Source of the DNA: Octopus bimaculoides
Taxonomy: Eukaryota
DNA: 64,000 nt
Reading direction: 5' to 3'
Assembly: GCF_001194135.2 (NCBI RefSeq)
Contig: NC_068983.1
Location: 78,732,108-78,796,107, forward strand
Part shown: piece after piece, positions 1 through 13,109 of the stretch
How positions within the stretch are numbered: position 1 is the stretch's first letter
Layout of the letters: every line of letters begins with the position of its first letter
Made by a program: the position numbers and the translations under genes
Notes under the pieces: generated by a model
Database searches by the model: none
Told to the model about the DNA's origin: nothing
The model's input: only the letters and a program-made list of their open reading frames with translations

Positions 1-309
1 GTGATGGTGGTGGTTGTGGTGGTGATGGTGGTGGTGGTGGTGGTGATGGTGGTGGTGGTGGTTGTGGTGGTGGTGGTGGTGGTGACAATGATAATAAAAG
101 TGAATGATAATAATAAGAATGACAACAACGATAAAAAAAAGATGAAAACAACTGTGATGACGTTGATGATGATGATGATGACTAATAATGATGATCAGAA
201 TAACAAGAATAACAATGAAGAAGATATTTGACAGCAGTGAAGACAATGACAACTATAACAATAATTATGACACTGTCAACGATAAAAATGACAATGATGA
301 TATATATAT

Positions 310-350
<41 letters not shown>
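1..350. repeat. Compound trinucleotide microsatellite (GGT)n/(GAT,AAT,AAC)n/(CAT)n
   Basis: Seen directly. It explains the spurious poly-V/M/D/H/S ORFs. The (CAT)n end abuts an RTE tail. Confidence 0.95.
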
Positions 351-655
351 TTAACATCCATTTTTCCATGCTGGCATGGATGGGATGGTTTGATAGAAGC
401 TGGCCAAGCAGAAGCCTGCACCAGACTTCTGTGACTGTTTTGGAAGGATTTTTACAGCTGGATGCCCTTCCTAACACCAACCATTCAGCAGAGTGGATTT
501 AGTACTTTTTACATGGAACAGGTAAAGGCAAGGGCAGTTTTGGCAAGGTTTTTTACAGCTGAATGCCCTTCCATATGCCAAAGACTTTACAGTGTGGACT
601 GGATGTTTTTTAAGCAGCACCTGTACTGATAGGGTCACCAAGTAACCTGCAAGAC
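348..655 (-). mobile_element. 5'-truncated RTE-type retroelement 3' end
   Basis: Reverse complement of the tail seen at 11900-12081 (ttaacatcc...catgctggcatgg...ctggatgcccttcctaacaccaacc). Confidence 0.75.
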
Positions 656-1421
656 AAAAATCTTTTGAGAGGGGAGGGTGAGTTGGAGGAGATGATCTTG
701 TGTCAGATGATGAAAGATTATAATGACACAGAAAGACAGAAACAGGTGTCTTGCAGTAGAGGAGGTACAAGGTTGCCTAGTCGTGAGAGAGAAAGAGAGA
801 GAGATCAGGAATGAGGACAGAAACAAGTGTGCTGTCGCAAAGAAGATACATAGGTACCCAACCTTAGAGAAGTGCAGGAGAAGGAGAGAGAAAGAGAAGG
901 GGGAGACAGCAGGATAGAGATGGCAGCAAAGTCCTGAGCATACTCACAGGGGATGAGATCAGAATATAAATGGGATGGTCAAGTAAAGGCAGAGAGAGAT
1001 ATAGATGGTGGCAAGTGCCAGGGCATACCCTTGAGTTTCGAAGGTCATAATATAAGTGGCAGGATATAGCCAAAGAAGAGTGATTAGAAAGTGGGGAGGG
1101 GAAGTGAGGGATGAAGACCTTGGTATATAGAATGTATGGTGGGGAGTACTGGATAGCAATGATACAGAGAAACAGGGTTGTGAGGACAGGATTGAGAAGT
1201 GAGAGGTAGGCATAGTGGATGAAGAAGAAAATGTAAGGAAGACAAGAGATGTAGATTGATTTGTTGGGATAGGGTGTGTGAACAGTTTTCTTGTTATGTG
1301 TGGGTGGAACACACAGGTTGGATGTACTGTTGAGAAGTTTGCTGTGCAACTACATGGTTCTATGTTTTATCCCATGATATGTAGCTGTGTGTGTGTATAT
1401 AAATATATATATATATATATA

Positions 1422-1592
1422 GGCGTAGGAGTGGCTGTGTGGTAAGTAGCTTGCTTACCAACAACATGGTTTCGGGTTCAGTCCCACACTGTGGCACTTT
1501 GGGCAAGTGTCTTCTACTATAGCCTTGGGCTGACCAAGACCTTGTGAGTGGATTTGATAGACAGAAACTGAAAGAAGCCCATCGTATATATG

Positions 1593-1625
<33 letters not shown>

Positions 1626-1838
1626 ATATGTCTGTGTCTGTGTTTGTCCCCCCACCATCACTTGACAACCAATGCTGGTGTGTTTACATCCCTCTAACTT
1701 CGCGGTTTGGCTAAAGAGACTGATAGAATAAGTACTAGGCTTACGGAGAATAAGTCCTGGGGTCGATTAGCTTGACTAAAAGGCAGTGCTCCAGCATGGC
1801 CACAGTCAAATGACTGAAACAAGTAAAAGAGTAAAGGA

Positions 1839-1840
<2 letters not shown>
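1422..1840 (+). mobile_element. tRNA-derived SINE, family 1, full length with internal (TA)n
   Basis: tRNA-like head (ggcgtaggagtggctgtgtggtaag...gggttcagtccc) and tail tgactgaaacaagtaaaagagt; further copies at about 7165, 19215, 30090 and 53455. Confidence 0.85.
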
Positions 1841-1905
<65 letters not shown>

Positions 1906-1907
<2 letters not shown>

Positions 1908-2756
1908 GGGTGCCATGGGTAAATTGTCACCATTTTATATTTTTCATTTCACACATATTCATTGTTGGTTTTTTGTTTTATCAAATACACAATATAGTAG
2001 GGTCAGTTGGGCATCATCTATGAGAAAAGCAGCTTCATGACACAATTCACTCTGCCAGAAAGTTGGAAACAACATACTGTGCTTCTTAGCATTCATGCAC
2101 GAAGCTCCAATACGAACATTTCAGAATGTTTGGGTATCAATCTGAGGACATGTACTGAGAGGGATAAAAACCAAACATCCAGTCAACATCATGGTGTATG
2201 GAGTGATCGCTAGTGATGGTGACCTTATGCCTCCATTCATCTTTCCACATAGCCTCAGTCTCAACATGGAGGCTTACATAAAGTGACTGGAGGAGGTAGT
2301 GCTGCCTTGGGTCAAGAGGGTGGCTGCTGGAAGACCCTATGTCTGGGAACAGGACTCTAGACCATGCCACACAAGCAGGAAAACCCAATCATGGCTGTCA
2401 GACAATTTCTGTGACTACATCACCCCTAATATCTGGCCACCTAACTCCCAGACTACAACCTTCTTGATTATTATGTGTGGTGTGCTGTTGAGTGAGAGAC
2501 CAACAAAACTTCTTGAAACAGAACTGAAGGCAAGGATTATGGCAGCATTCACCAACATAAACAAGGAGACTGTCCTGAAGAGTTGCAGAAGATTGTGAAG
2601 TCATCTGAGGGCAATGGTTGAAGCCAATGGTGATTTTATTGAATAAATTTAATCTTTAGTATTTCAAGATATTTTTATATAATTTTGGTAAAATGAATTG
2701 TCAGTGTTATTTTCATTTTTGTGTAATTTAGATGACAATATATTCACTGCACCCTG
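1906..2756 (+). mobile_element. Internally deleted Tc1/mariner transposon, probably maT (DD37D-like)
   Basis: Imperfect TIRs cagggtgc...attgtca and tgacaat...gcaccctg followed by TA. Broken transposase reads LPWVKRVAAGRPYVWEQDSRPCHTSRKTQSWL...WPPNS, then after a frameshift DYNLLDYYVW. Confidence 0.8.
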
Positions 2757-2794
2757 TATATACATACATACATACATATATATATATATATTTA

Positions 2795-3001
2795 TATATT
2801 TATATAAATAAGGATAAGATCGATATTTAAAATATTGATCTTATCAAGTGGTCAGCATGGGAATAAAAACCATCAAAGGTAATAATTATTTAAAATTATA
2901 ATACAGGGTATCAAGAGATACCACCACGCTGAAAAAAATAGCAGTCAAATCCTGACTCTAAAACCACAATGGTTTTAGAGTCAGGATTTGACTGCTATTT
3001 T
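2795..3001. repeat. Unclassified repeat end folded into a perfect palindrome running into a gap
   Basis: About 2935-2966 (aaaatagcagtcaaatcctgactctaaaacca), a caa loop, then the exact reverse complement at 2970-3001. A related non-folded copy lies at about 25290-25460. Confidence 0.8.
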
Positions 3002-4159
3002 NNNNNNNNNNNNNNNNNNNNNNNNNNNNNNNNNNNNNNNNNNNNNNNNNNNNNNNNNNNNNNNNNNNNNNNNNNNNNNNNNNNNNNNNNNNNNNNNNNN
3101 NNNNNNNNNNNNNNNNNNNNNNNNNNNNNNNNNNNNNNNNNNNNNNNNNNNNNNNNNNNNNNNNTATATATATATATATATATGACAGGCATCCAACAAT
3201 TTTTATGCCAGATACCAAATTTCTTTCATAAAGCTTTGATCAACTCAATACTATATCAGAAAACACTTGCCCGAGGTGCTAGGTCATGGAATAAAACATG
3301 GAACTTTGTAGTTGCAAAGCAAATTTCTCAACAATATATCTGTGATTGTCATATATATTTGAATATCCGGAGTACTAACTCAATAGTTTGCTCTGAAGCC
3401 TATGTTCAGCTACTTCCAAATAATCATTGTACTCCAAACTGATGAGAACTACTCATCAATGAAAACAGATATACAATTGCCTTTTAAAAGGAAGAGTCCT
3501 AGTTGACTGATTTCTACAGATTCCTACATTATTAACCTCAGAGAAATTGAAGCTGAAGTCATCCTCCAGTGAAAGTTGAGCTTGGAACAATGATTGATCA
3601 AATTGATACAGTAAAGTAATGCAATAAACAACTGGTGGATTATTAAAAGGCTAACTGACACAAAATCCAGTGTTGTTGATATGCATTGAACCAGACAACA
3701 CTTAACTGGTTGATAAGCTAACAGCCTAACAACTGATTAGATTTAATTTTCCAACTTTAAATGTGTAAGCAAAACATTGTTCCAATGGAATTCCAATTCT
3801 ATCAACTCTATCTTCTCATCCGTCTTCTTTCCTTCTTTCATACTTTCTTTCTTTCTTTCTTCTTCTACTTCTTCTTCTCCTCCTACTCCCCTTCTTCTTC
3901 TTCATCCTCCTCTTCTTTTTCTTCTTCATGATAATGAGTACAGCATTTCATAGCTGCCTTCATACCTTTATGATTTTACAGTTTATTAGTTCCAGAGATC
4001 CTTAGAATGTAGAATGATTTCATATTTACATCTTTTCTGCAGTTTAATCAGTTTGATTTCTTATCATTATCAAAAGTTTTATTCCTGGATGTGCACATAG
4101 TACTGAGCAATTTAGTTTCAAAACAAAGACCCAAAATTCATATCCAGTTCAATATCATC

Positions 4160-4715
4160 AATCATCATCATCATCACCATAATTTAACATCCATTTTCAA
4201 TGCTAGCATGGGTTGGACAGTTTGATAGGAACTGGCATACTATGAAGCTGTCCAGACACCAATTGTCTGTTGAGGGATGGTTTCTATGACTGGACATTCT
4301 TCCTAATGCCAACCACTTTACAGAGTGTACTGGGTGCTTTTTAAGTGCCACTGGCATAGGTGTGTTTTATGTGACACCAGGATCTGTAAAGGTCAAGCCT
4401 GTATACATGGATGACAGTGATTTTACTTAACTTGACACACCTTCTCAGGTACAGCAAATTGCCATAACTCCTGGTCCCTTGTCATTTCCTCAGTGAGGCC
4501 CAGCATCCAAAGATCCCTTCTCACCACATCACCCCATGTCTTCTTGAGTCTACTTCTTCCACAGGTTCCCTCAACAATTACAGCTCAGCACTTTTTTATG
4601 CAACTATCCTCATCCATATACATCACATGACCAAACCACCGCATTCTTCTCTCTTGCACACAACATCTGATGCCTGTTATACCTAGTTTTCTTAAATCAT
4701 TTACACTCTGTCATG
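4160..4715 (-). mobile_element. RTE-clade LINE 3' fragment (degraded ORF C-terminus and 3' UTR)
   Basis: Reverse complement is homologous to 11255-12081, including the RRMRWFGHV-like segment and the (GAT)n tail. Confidence 0.75.
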
Positions 4716-6858
4716 TAGGTTTGAATTCAGAGCCTTTAATTTTGAGAATAAGACACTCAATGATGATCAGGGATCAAACCAAATGAAATATAGTACAGAT
4801 GTTGTGGATTCTTCTGTCATAGACGACAGGTGATGGGTCTGTTATTCCTTGCTGAACAAGTTGCACATATGATGTGTTTGTTGTAATGAAATATTTGTGC
4901 AGTACATTAGGTCTCTCTCCATTGAATCAACACTGCCTGCACAGATGCATGATGTGCCTCATGTCAGATGTCAAAATGATCACAGGGCAATGTGAGAAGA
5001 TGTGGTTTGCTCAAGAACACAATACACCACCTGGCACAGGAACTGAAGCCACTATTTTATGATTCATGAGTACAACACCCAAAACCACCCAGTCACATGA
5101 CCTCACTTAGATGTAAATATTTTTAAAACATTTCATCCCTAAATATATGGTTTATTATTCAAAATGGTATTAATAATAATTCATCTTAGACATTTAATCA
5201 GTTAATCAGCTATCTTTATAGTTTCTCAAAAACGTTGAGTTTCAATTCTATTATGTATCTGTGTTTTTCTTATAATAACCAATTCACTTAATGGTTATGC
5301 TTCTGAAGAATTTTACATGACCACACTTATGTGTGTATGATGCCAGAACCCTCAAAGTAGGACATTGTTTGTCAATCAGCCATTATCCATTTGCAAGACA
5401 AACATAATTTCCTAAAGTCAAAAAAAAAAGAAAAGAAAATCTAAAAGAAAAAAGTAGCAACAAAGTTTGTTCTATATATCAAAAATAAATTGTATAATAT
5501 GGCATATATGATATATGTATTTTTGTTTTTGACAACTTGCTATTATTTTACTGTATTGTAACATCCCTGCAGGTACATTATTCCAGACATAAATTTTTCA
5601 GATATTATATACAGAAACAAATAAACTATCAAATGTATTTTATCTTGGTTGTTAGAGCTCTTAATTAGCCAAATGTAACATCACAGCACAGTTGGACATG
5701 CCATTAGATGAACATTTTAAAACTGGGGATCTAAACTATCTTACATATTCAGACATTAAATGTATAGCTATTACTTAAATGAACTCATATTTGCATTGTT
5801 GCATTTCAACGAGGACTTTCTCCACTAGTTAGTTTATTTAACTGCTGGAAATATCTTTTTTCTAAAGTGGTTAACATTTTGATAATATTTTTTTTCTTAT
5901 TTTCCACTCTCTCCTTTCATCTTAATCCTCCGTATGGATGCATTTATTTATACTTTTATTTTTTATATCTTTCCATTTAAAAGGATAAAGCTCTTTTGTA
6001 TTTTTATCTATATCCATATCTGTGGAGTTGTTGTTAGGGTGGTAAGTTAAAAGTATCCTATATCCAGACATAATGGCCAAAAAGTCTGAATGATAGCACA
6101 TTATCAATAGATTTCTTTCTCAATATAGAAATAAGAGAAATAATTGTTTTATTCAAAGAAATAAAGCCTTGGAGTTATAGGAGAGAAGTAAAGGAAAAGC
6201 TGCATACTTCATGTCATTTCCAAAAATATTTGGAACTGAAAATTAAACTGCTTGAAATGGCAACTGAAACATACTTGTAAGCTTGACTCAGGAATTCTTA
6301 CCACTACCATCACTACACCAGTTACAGAATGAGTCTATGAAGGAACTTCCACAGGATTCTAAGACATGCTAAACATAGCAACCATATCTCCCTCTTATCA
6401 CACATTGTCATGTTAGAAATTTGACTCATTGGATTGCGTGGTCTTGAATTTCCAGAATATAAGGAAAAGAATAGACGATCACAGCCATAAGTCTGCTCTA
6501 AAGGGATAACCTGGAGCTACAAAACAAGACCCAACAACAATAACAACAAAAATAAAATGCCAAATTACATTATCCAGTAAATGAACCTCAACATGGCATC
6601 TGAATCTTCTAGAAATAACAGCAAAATTTCCCTTGTCCTATTCAGTCATCTTGAAAAATGGAAGGATACATTAAGTAATATAGTTTCTGATACACAATAC
6701 CTGAAAAATAGAATTAGATGGTCCAGGCCAGGAAAGCTTTCATTACAGGTTTGCATAATCAGGGTTGATCTGTGATTAAAGAATACCAAATCATATCATT
6801 CCAAGCAAATAATAATGATTTGGTTTTGACTGTTCATTGTCTATACATGTATATATTG

Positions 6859-7157
6859 GGCCTCACAGAGGCACAGTTACTGAGTTCCTTTCGAGCATTG
6901 GGTCTCATGGAGACAATATCTGAGACCTTTGGCATCATGTCATGCTTGAGAAGAAGAGCCATCAAGTTGAGCAAAATTGTAGTCATGGCAGATACTGGTG
7001 CCATCCAAATGGCACCCATGCTGGTGGCATGTAAAAGCACCCATTACACTCTCAGAAAGATTGGCATTAGGAAGGGTATCCAGCCATAAAAAACCATACC
7101 AACCCTGGTCAAACCATCCAACCCATGCCAGCATGGGCAACGGGTGTTAAATGGTGA
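6859..7157 (+). mobile_element. RTE-clade LINE 3' fragment
   Basis: Homologous to 11420-12080 (ggcctcacagaggca...ggtggcatgtaaaagcaccc...ggaagggtatccagcc...catgccagcatgg). Confidence 0.7.
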
Positions 7158-7164
7158 GGATATA

Positions 7165-7391
7165 TATTCTTTTATTTGTTTCAGTCATTTGACTGTGGCC
7201 ATGCTGGAGCACCGCCTTTAGTTGAGCAAATCGGCCCCAAGGCTTATTCTTTGTAAGCCTTGTACTTACTCTATTGGTCTCTTTTTGCCGAACTGCTAAG
7301 TTACGGGGATGTAAGCACATTAGCATTGGTTGTCTAGTGATGTTTGGGGGACAAACACAGACACACAGACACATATACATATACATATATA
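7165..7391 (-). mobile_element. SINE family 1, 3' half running into a gap
   Basis: Reverse complement of about 1620-1835. Confidence 0.8.
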
Positions 7392-8089
7392 NNNNNNNNN
7401 NNNNNNNNNNNNNNNNNNNNNNNNNNNNNNNNNNNNNNNNNNNNNNNNNNNNNNNNNNNNNNNNNNNNNNNNNNNNNNNNNNNNNNNNNNNNNNNNNNNN
7501 NNNNNNNNNNNNNNNNNNNNNNNNNNNNNNNNNNNNNNNNNNNNNNNNNNNNNNNNNNNNNNNNNNNNNNNNNNNNNNNNNNNNNNAACCGGCTTTCATT
7601 GCATGGCACATTTTCAAGAAGAGGGAGAATAAAAATGTTTTTTTACAAAAAAGTAAAAAAATAATATATAAAAAAAATAATATATAAAAAAATAAATATA
7701 CCAATACATTATATTGTCTTTGATCTTTTAAAGTTCAATGGTAATCCATGTAGATAATAGTTGGAAAAATTAGGATGCATGAAATTGAGAGTTTTGTTAT
7801 TTTTAAAAAAGAAAGGGGGCTGAAAGTTTGTGTTAAGCAGGAAGTGTGGTGTCAAAACAGGAAGTGTGTGTAAGGGAAGACAATTCTGTGGGTTTTATAC
7901 TCTTTACTTGGAGTTCTGCACTCTTTGTCAACAGGAAGTTTAGGTCTGTTCTTAGAGAAATATGGTCACCGAGGGGTTTGTGTGTTAAGAAGTGGTTGGA
8001 ATTTCTCTGTAAAAAGATTCTCCTTGTTGATTCTTTCTTGTGTAGAGATTCTGTCTTTACATTGATAGACACAACCCCACTATTTACTG

Positions 8090-8123
<34 letters not shown>

Positions 8124-8563
8124 ACTCACAAGGCTTTGGTTGGTCCGAGGTTATAGTAGAAGACAGTTGCCCACTTGCAGTGGGACTTCACCCGGAACCA
8201 TATGGCTGGTAAGCAAGCTATTTACCACACAGCCACTCCTGAATCCTTTACAAGTATATATTACTGGTACTGATTTAATCAATCCCAGAAGGATTAAAGT
8301 GATTTTTACTTTTAACATAATTTGAACTCTGATACACATCATCAGACAGTTTGTGACCATTTATTTTATATTTAACACTCTACTTAAGTAAGAAGCAATT
8401 ATGGAAACTGGCACAGCAGAAACTAGCACATCCAAGGCTCAGTGGTTCAGAAGTTCTCTTCCTAACTATATGGATTCAGGTTCAGTTGCCTTGGACAGCC
8501 TATTAAAACCCTGGGTTATCTAAGGCCTTGCCAGTGAAATTGATAGACAAAAACTAAAATAAA

Positions 8564-8796
8564 GACAGCGAGCTGGCAGAAATGTTAGTGCGCCGGGCGA
8601 AATGCTAAGCAGTATTTCGTCTGCCGTTACGTCCTGAGTTCAAATTCCACCGAGGTCGACTTTGCCTTTCATCCTTTCAGGATCGATAAATTAAGAGCCA
8701 GTTACTCACTGGGGTCGATGTAATTGTCTTAATCCCTTTGTCTGTCCTTGTTTGTCCCCTCTATGTTTAGCCCTTTGTGAGCAATAAAGAAATAAG
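8564..8796 (+). mobile_element. tRNA-derived SINE, family 2, young full-length copy with TSD
   Basis: Core gactttgcctttcatcctttc...gataaattaag and tail aataaagaaataag; flanking direct repeat aaactaaaataa at 8551-8562 and 8797-8808. Confidence 0.85.
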
Positions 8797-8819
8797 AAAC
8801 TAAAATAAGCTAGTTGTGT

Positions 8820-8863
<44 letters not shown>

Positions 8864-9762
8864 CATACACGTACATGGATGTATCAATGTTTGTGTGTCT
8901 CCTTGTCTTGACATTACATGCTAATTGTAAGCAAGTGTCACTGCCATACAAGTGGTATCATTCGATTTTAGTCTTCAGTGGAAACATGTCTAGCCAAGGA
9001 TATGGATATTTCAGGGAAATAGATGAGGATCGATGAAAGAACAAACATCTGGCCTCAACAATATCCATCTGACCCATGCAATCAAGGAAAAATAGACATT
9101 AAACTGATGATGATGATGACATTGACGATGCGGTTTAAGACAAAAATCAGTTCTGATCTTAGGCATCACTATTCTATCTTTCTTGCAGATAAAATATATC
9201 TAGGACTACATTATCCAATCTTTCCTTCTTCCATGAACACAACAGGGTGTGATTTGCAACAGATTTAGCTGCTATTGTAGAGGCTTTGTCGGCTTTCACT
9301 TACGCAAGTTTATCAATCTGAAGACAATGATGAAGGAGGAAGGGGAGGAAGAAAGCAGTAACAACAGCAACAAGAAAAGAAGAAGGAAGAGGAGGCGTAG
9401 GCAGAACAATGCGACCAGAAACAGTTTGGTATCCAAATAGTACACATTATTAGATGATTATACTAACCTTAATGAGAAATTAATTCCTATAGATCTGTAA
9501 ATCAATTTTATACTTCATAGAGATTTCATCAGCCATTCTTATCATGTGCACATAACCTTTATTATAAGTACAAGCCAATATCATTTCACAGCATCTCCCT
9601 CTATAATAACACTTGCACTAAATTTACCTCTCAGCCATGAAATAGTAGGGTGCCTATTTATAGTTTGAACAGAATAGATAATGAATGATATATGCTAGGT
9701 TAGAATTTATAGACAGGTGCTAGGTTAGAATTTATAGACACAGTATGGAAAATGGTACTTAC

Positions 9763-9784
9763 ACTTTCTTTGTACTGACTTTCT
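9763..9784 (-). CDS. Candidate 22-nt micro-exon, unknown gene
   Basis: Minus strand reads aatgtttgtctttttctctag|AGAAAGTCAGTACAAAGAAAGT|gtaagtacc: strong acceptor and consensus donor, all frames open. No homology support. Confidence 0.3.
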
Positions 9785-11254
9785 CTAGAGAAAAAGACAA
9801 ACATTATAAATATTTTTTATAATAAATTTATATCAAAATTCTGTCTCATAATGCTCTATAGAAGAAATAAAATAGTGAGTGCTCTATGGAAACAAATTTT
9901 AGCAAAACCATGACATCTGAAATAGATACGATGTTTAAATGAATGGAGACCAGAACACACTAAATGAAAAGCAAAATGGAGATCAAAGTCAATAAAAGGT
10001 TTTTATGACAATCTAGAATAAAGTAAAAATAATAATTTAATCAACGATTTCAGAGTATCATAACAATTTGACGCTATCATTTTCTTCAGTAGAGAGAATA
10101 ACTGTGACTGAATAAAAACCACGTTCATTGGTTGTATATCTTTCATATAAACAGAGGTGTAAAACCTCCTGGAAAGAAATTGTTAATATATTAAATAAAC
10201 ATATAATCAAGCATAAAGTACAGGAGAATCTCTAATACTCATCATGGCATTGACAAACCTCGTTTGCACTGTATGCTGAGGGTCACACACTAATCACAAG
10301 GCTTTTACCCTCCATAATGACGTATGTATGTGTATGTATGTATGTATGTATGTATGTATGTATGTATACATTCATGTATGTAGATAGATAGATAGATAGA
10401 TAGATAGACTTATAGCTTTTTCCCTAGTCTTCAAAATCATGGGTGTAAGTGGTGGTGGTGGGGGGGGGTCTCAGATCAGTGAGGTGGTCCAACCCAAATT
10501 TTGATAAGAGTGGACTCTACTAAATGCACCCAAACACCATGTAATGGTGTTAAACTGGGCGATAAGTTACACTTACTACTAAAGAAACTCAATTGCTTTT
10601 ACTAAATTTCACTCACAAAACTTGGTAGAAGATATTTACTTAAGGTACAGCACAATGGTATTAAATCTCAAAAGTCATATTGCTATAAATGGACTTCTTA
10701 ACCAAACATCCGGGCCTGAGCTCATAGGTCATGGCATTATAGGCAATAGAAGACATGACTTGATTAAATAAACTCCAGTAGTTCACTGGTGCATTTTCAA
10801 CAACGATTGAAGAATAAAAATCCAAGATAATCTCACTAAGCACTGATTTCTGTGCAGAAAGTGACCCAACAAAATATCATTTCGTTGCTACCATTTTGTC
10901 ATCCATTTGTCTAAACTGTGAACACAGTGAAGCTACTGGGAATGAAGATGATTGATTTCAGTGCAGGTCATTCCTTCTATGTGTATATATTGTGGATAGA
11001 TGCTAAATAGTGAAGAAAATATAGAAAGTAATTCTTCAGAAGTGAGAAGTACCTGCAGTTAAGCTAAATTTAGGAAGACTTAAGTTTAAATGACTTGATC
11101 AGATTTTAAAGTTATCCTGTCTTATGTAATCAAAATATATGGAAAGATACCACTTTGTAAACCCATTCAGCTTTCTCAATGTTAATGATAGTACTACACT
11201 AGGTTACATTAAACCTAGTGTTTCTTACATAGAATTTTATACATATTTCTCACC

Positions 11255-12081
11255 AGATGTGGTGTGCAAGAGAGACGACTGTGCTGGTATGGTCATGTGG
11301 TATGAATAGATGAGGATAGCTGTGTGAAAAAGGTGTCACACCCTAGCGGTTGAGGGAAACTGTGGAAGAGGTAGATCCAGGAAGACCTGGGATGAGGTGG
11401 TGAAGCATGACCTTCGAACATTAGGCCTCACCGAGGCAATGACTAGTGACCGAGACCTTTGGAAATACGATGTGCTTGAGAAGACCCGGCAAGTCAAGTG
11501 AGACCATAGCCTGTGGTCTATGCCAGTGGTCTAACCAACCCACTTAGGCATACCTTTCTTTCATTGGACACTAAACTCTTCTTGTGAAGACCTGTTGAGG
11601 CAAGTGAAATCGAAATCAAATTCGCATGACTGGCATCTCTGCTAGTGGAGTGCTAAGAGCACCATTCGAGTGTGATCGCTGCCAGGGCCGCTGACTGGCC
11701 CCCATGCTGGTGGCATGTAAAAAGCACCATTCGAGCATGTTTGTTACCAGCATCACCTTACTGGCACTTGTGCCCGTGGTACGTGGAAAACAATATTTGA
11801 GCGAGGGTATTGCCAGTGCCGCTGGACTGGCTCCTGTGCAGGTGACATGTAAAAACACCATTTGAGCATAGCCATTGCCAGTACCACCTGACTGGCCCTC
11901 ATGTTGCTGGTGCATAAAAGCACCCACTACACTTGGAGTGGTTGGCGTCTGGAAGGGAATCCAGCTGTAGAAACTCTGCCAGATCAGATTGGAGCCTGGT
12001 GCAGCCATCTGGCTCACCAGTCCCCAGTCAAACCGGCCAACCCATGCCAGCATGGAAAGTGGACGTTAAACGATGATGATA
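11255..12081 (+). mobile_element. RTE-clade LINE 3' end: ORF C-terminus, long 3' UTR and (GAT)n tail
   Basis: Translates to RCGVQERRLCWYGHVV*...VEGNCGRGRSRKTWDEVVKHDLRTLGL...DRDLWK, the RTE C-terminal W.GHV, GRGR and DR..W motifs. Confidence 0.85.
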
Positions 12082-12854
12082 AAATATTAAAGGAAGAAAG
12101 TGAGACTGTGAAGCACTAATGCCTTACAGAAATTTATGAACTATTTATGAATAAAAGCAAACATGTAGAAGCTGACTAAACGACATGGTGCTTATCCTTT
12201 TGATGTCAATCCACCTGAAGCCACTCACTGGTACTATGGTACAAGCTTCCTATTTTTAAAGTGATCAGAATTAAAACCTTCCATGAGATTTTCATATTGA
12301 TATATATTTCAAACACCAGCTTGATAATAAAGTTATCTTAATATATAAAGGCAAACACTTATTCTTACTAAAGATACAATCATTAACATATTTGTCATTG
12401 CTATTTACATATTAGTTATTAGTTTTATCCAAAATAAAATGAACTTATTTACAGAGTCTTTAAAAGTCCTATTATTAGAATATTTACAGAATTTAATGTT
12501 GGCTGCTGTATCTTGGAGGCTGGCTTCAAATAGAACTAAACTTTTCACTTTTGAAGTTGAACACTTATAAATATAATGATATCAAAGATGATGTTAGGCT
12601 AGTTGCAAAATGTAATAAAATTAATGATAGGATAAAATGTTTAGTTAAAAGGGAACTTTAAAGGATCACAAAGCCAACATTGCAAACAAACCTACCAATG
12701 TGATTATAAACCCTGCAAGGACAGAGATAGGACTTGTAGTAAAGGGAAACAAAATATTAACAAATATAAGTAATAGAATTAGGATGACTACAAATCTGCA
12801 AACATATGCAAATAGCAGTCTTGTCAAAGATTGGTTTAAGGACATCATAATCAT

Positions 12855-13040
12855 CATCCTCATCATCATCGTTTAGCATCCGTTGTTCTTGCTGGCATGA
12901 GTTGGATGGTTTGACCAGGGCTGGTAAGCTGGAAGGCTGCACCAGATTTCAGTCTGATTTGGCATGGTTTCTATGACTGGATGCCACTCTGAGAGTGTAA
13001 TGGGTGCTATTACATGCCACCAGCACAGGTGCCAGTTGTG
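12855..13040 (-). mobile_element. RTE 3' tail copy
   Basis: Inverted homologue of 11900-12081, starting with (CAT)n. Confidence 0.75.
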
Positions 13041-13109
13041 TGATACCAGTATCAGCCATAAAGAATAAATTTACTGCTAACTTCACATAATTTCATTTTG
13101 TGAACAGAT

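Noticed and set aside
1-502. Poly-V/M/D/H/S ORFs, and similar ORFs at 14892-15281, 21229-21781, 27698-28103 and 52266-52959
   Set aside because: They are translations of microsatellites.
660-1350. 161-aa and 117-aa minus-strand ORFs
   Set aside because: Purine-skewed sequence with at most a faint LINE endonuclease resemblance (FYIPRSSS); no reliable assignment.
1422-1500. tRNA genes at SINE heads (also 8564, 29821, 62554)
   Set aside because: They have A/B-box-like motifs but no complete cloverleaf, and they continue into SINE bodies.
10661-10843. 60-aa ORF with a faint mariner-like RPG..KK segment
   Set aside because: It has no DDE/D motifs or TIRs, and the resemblance is within chance.
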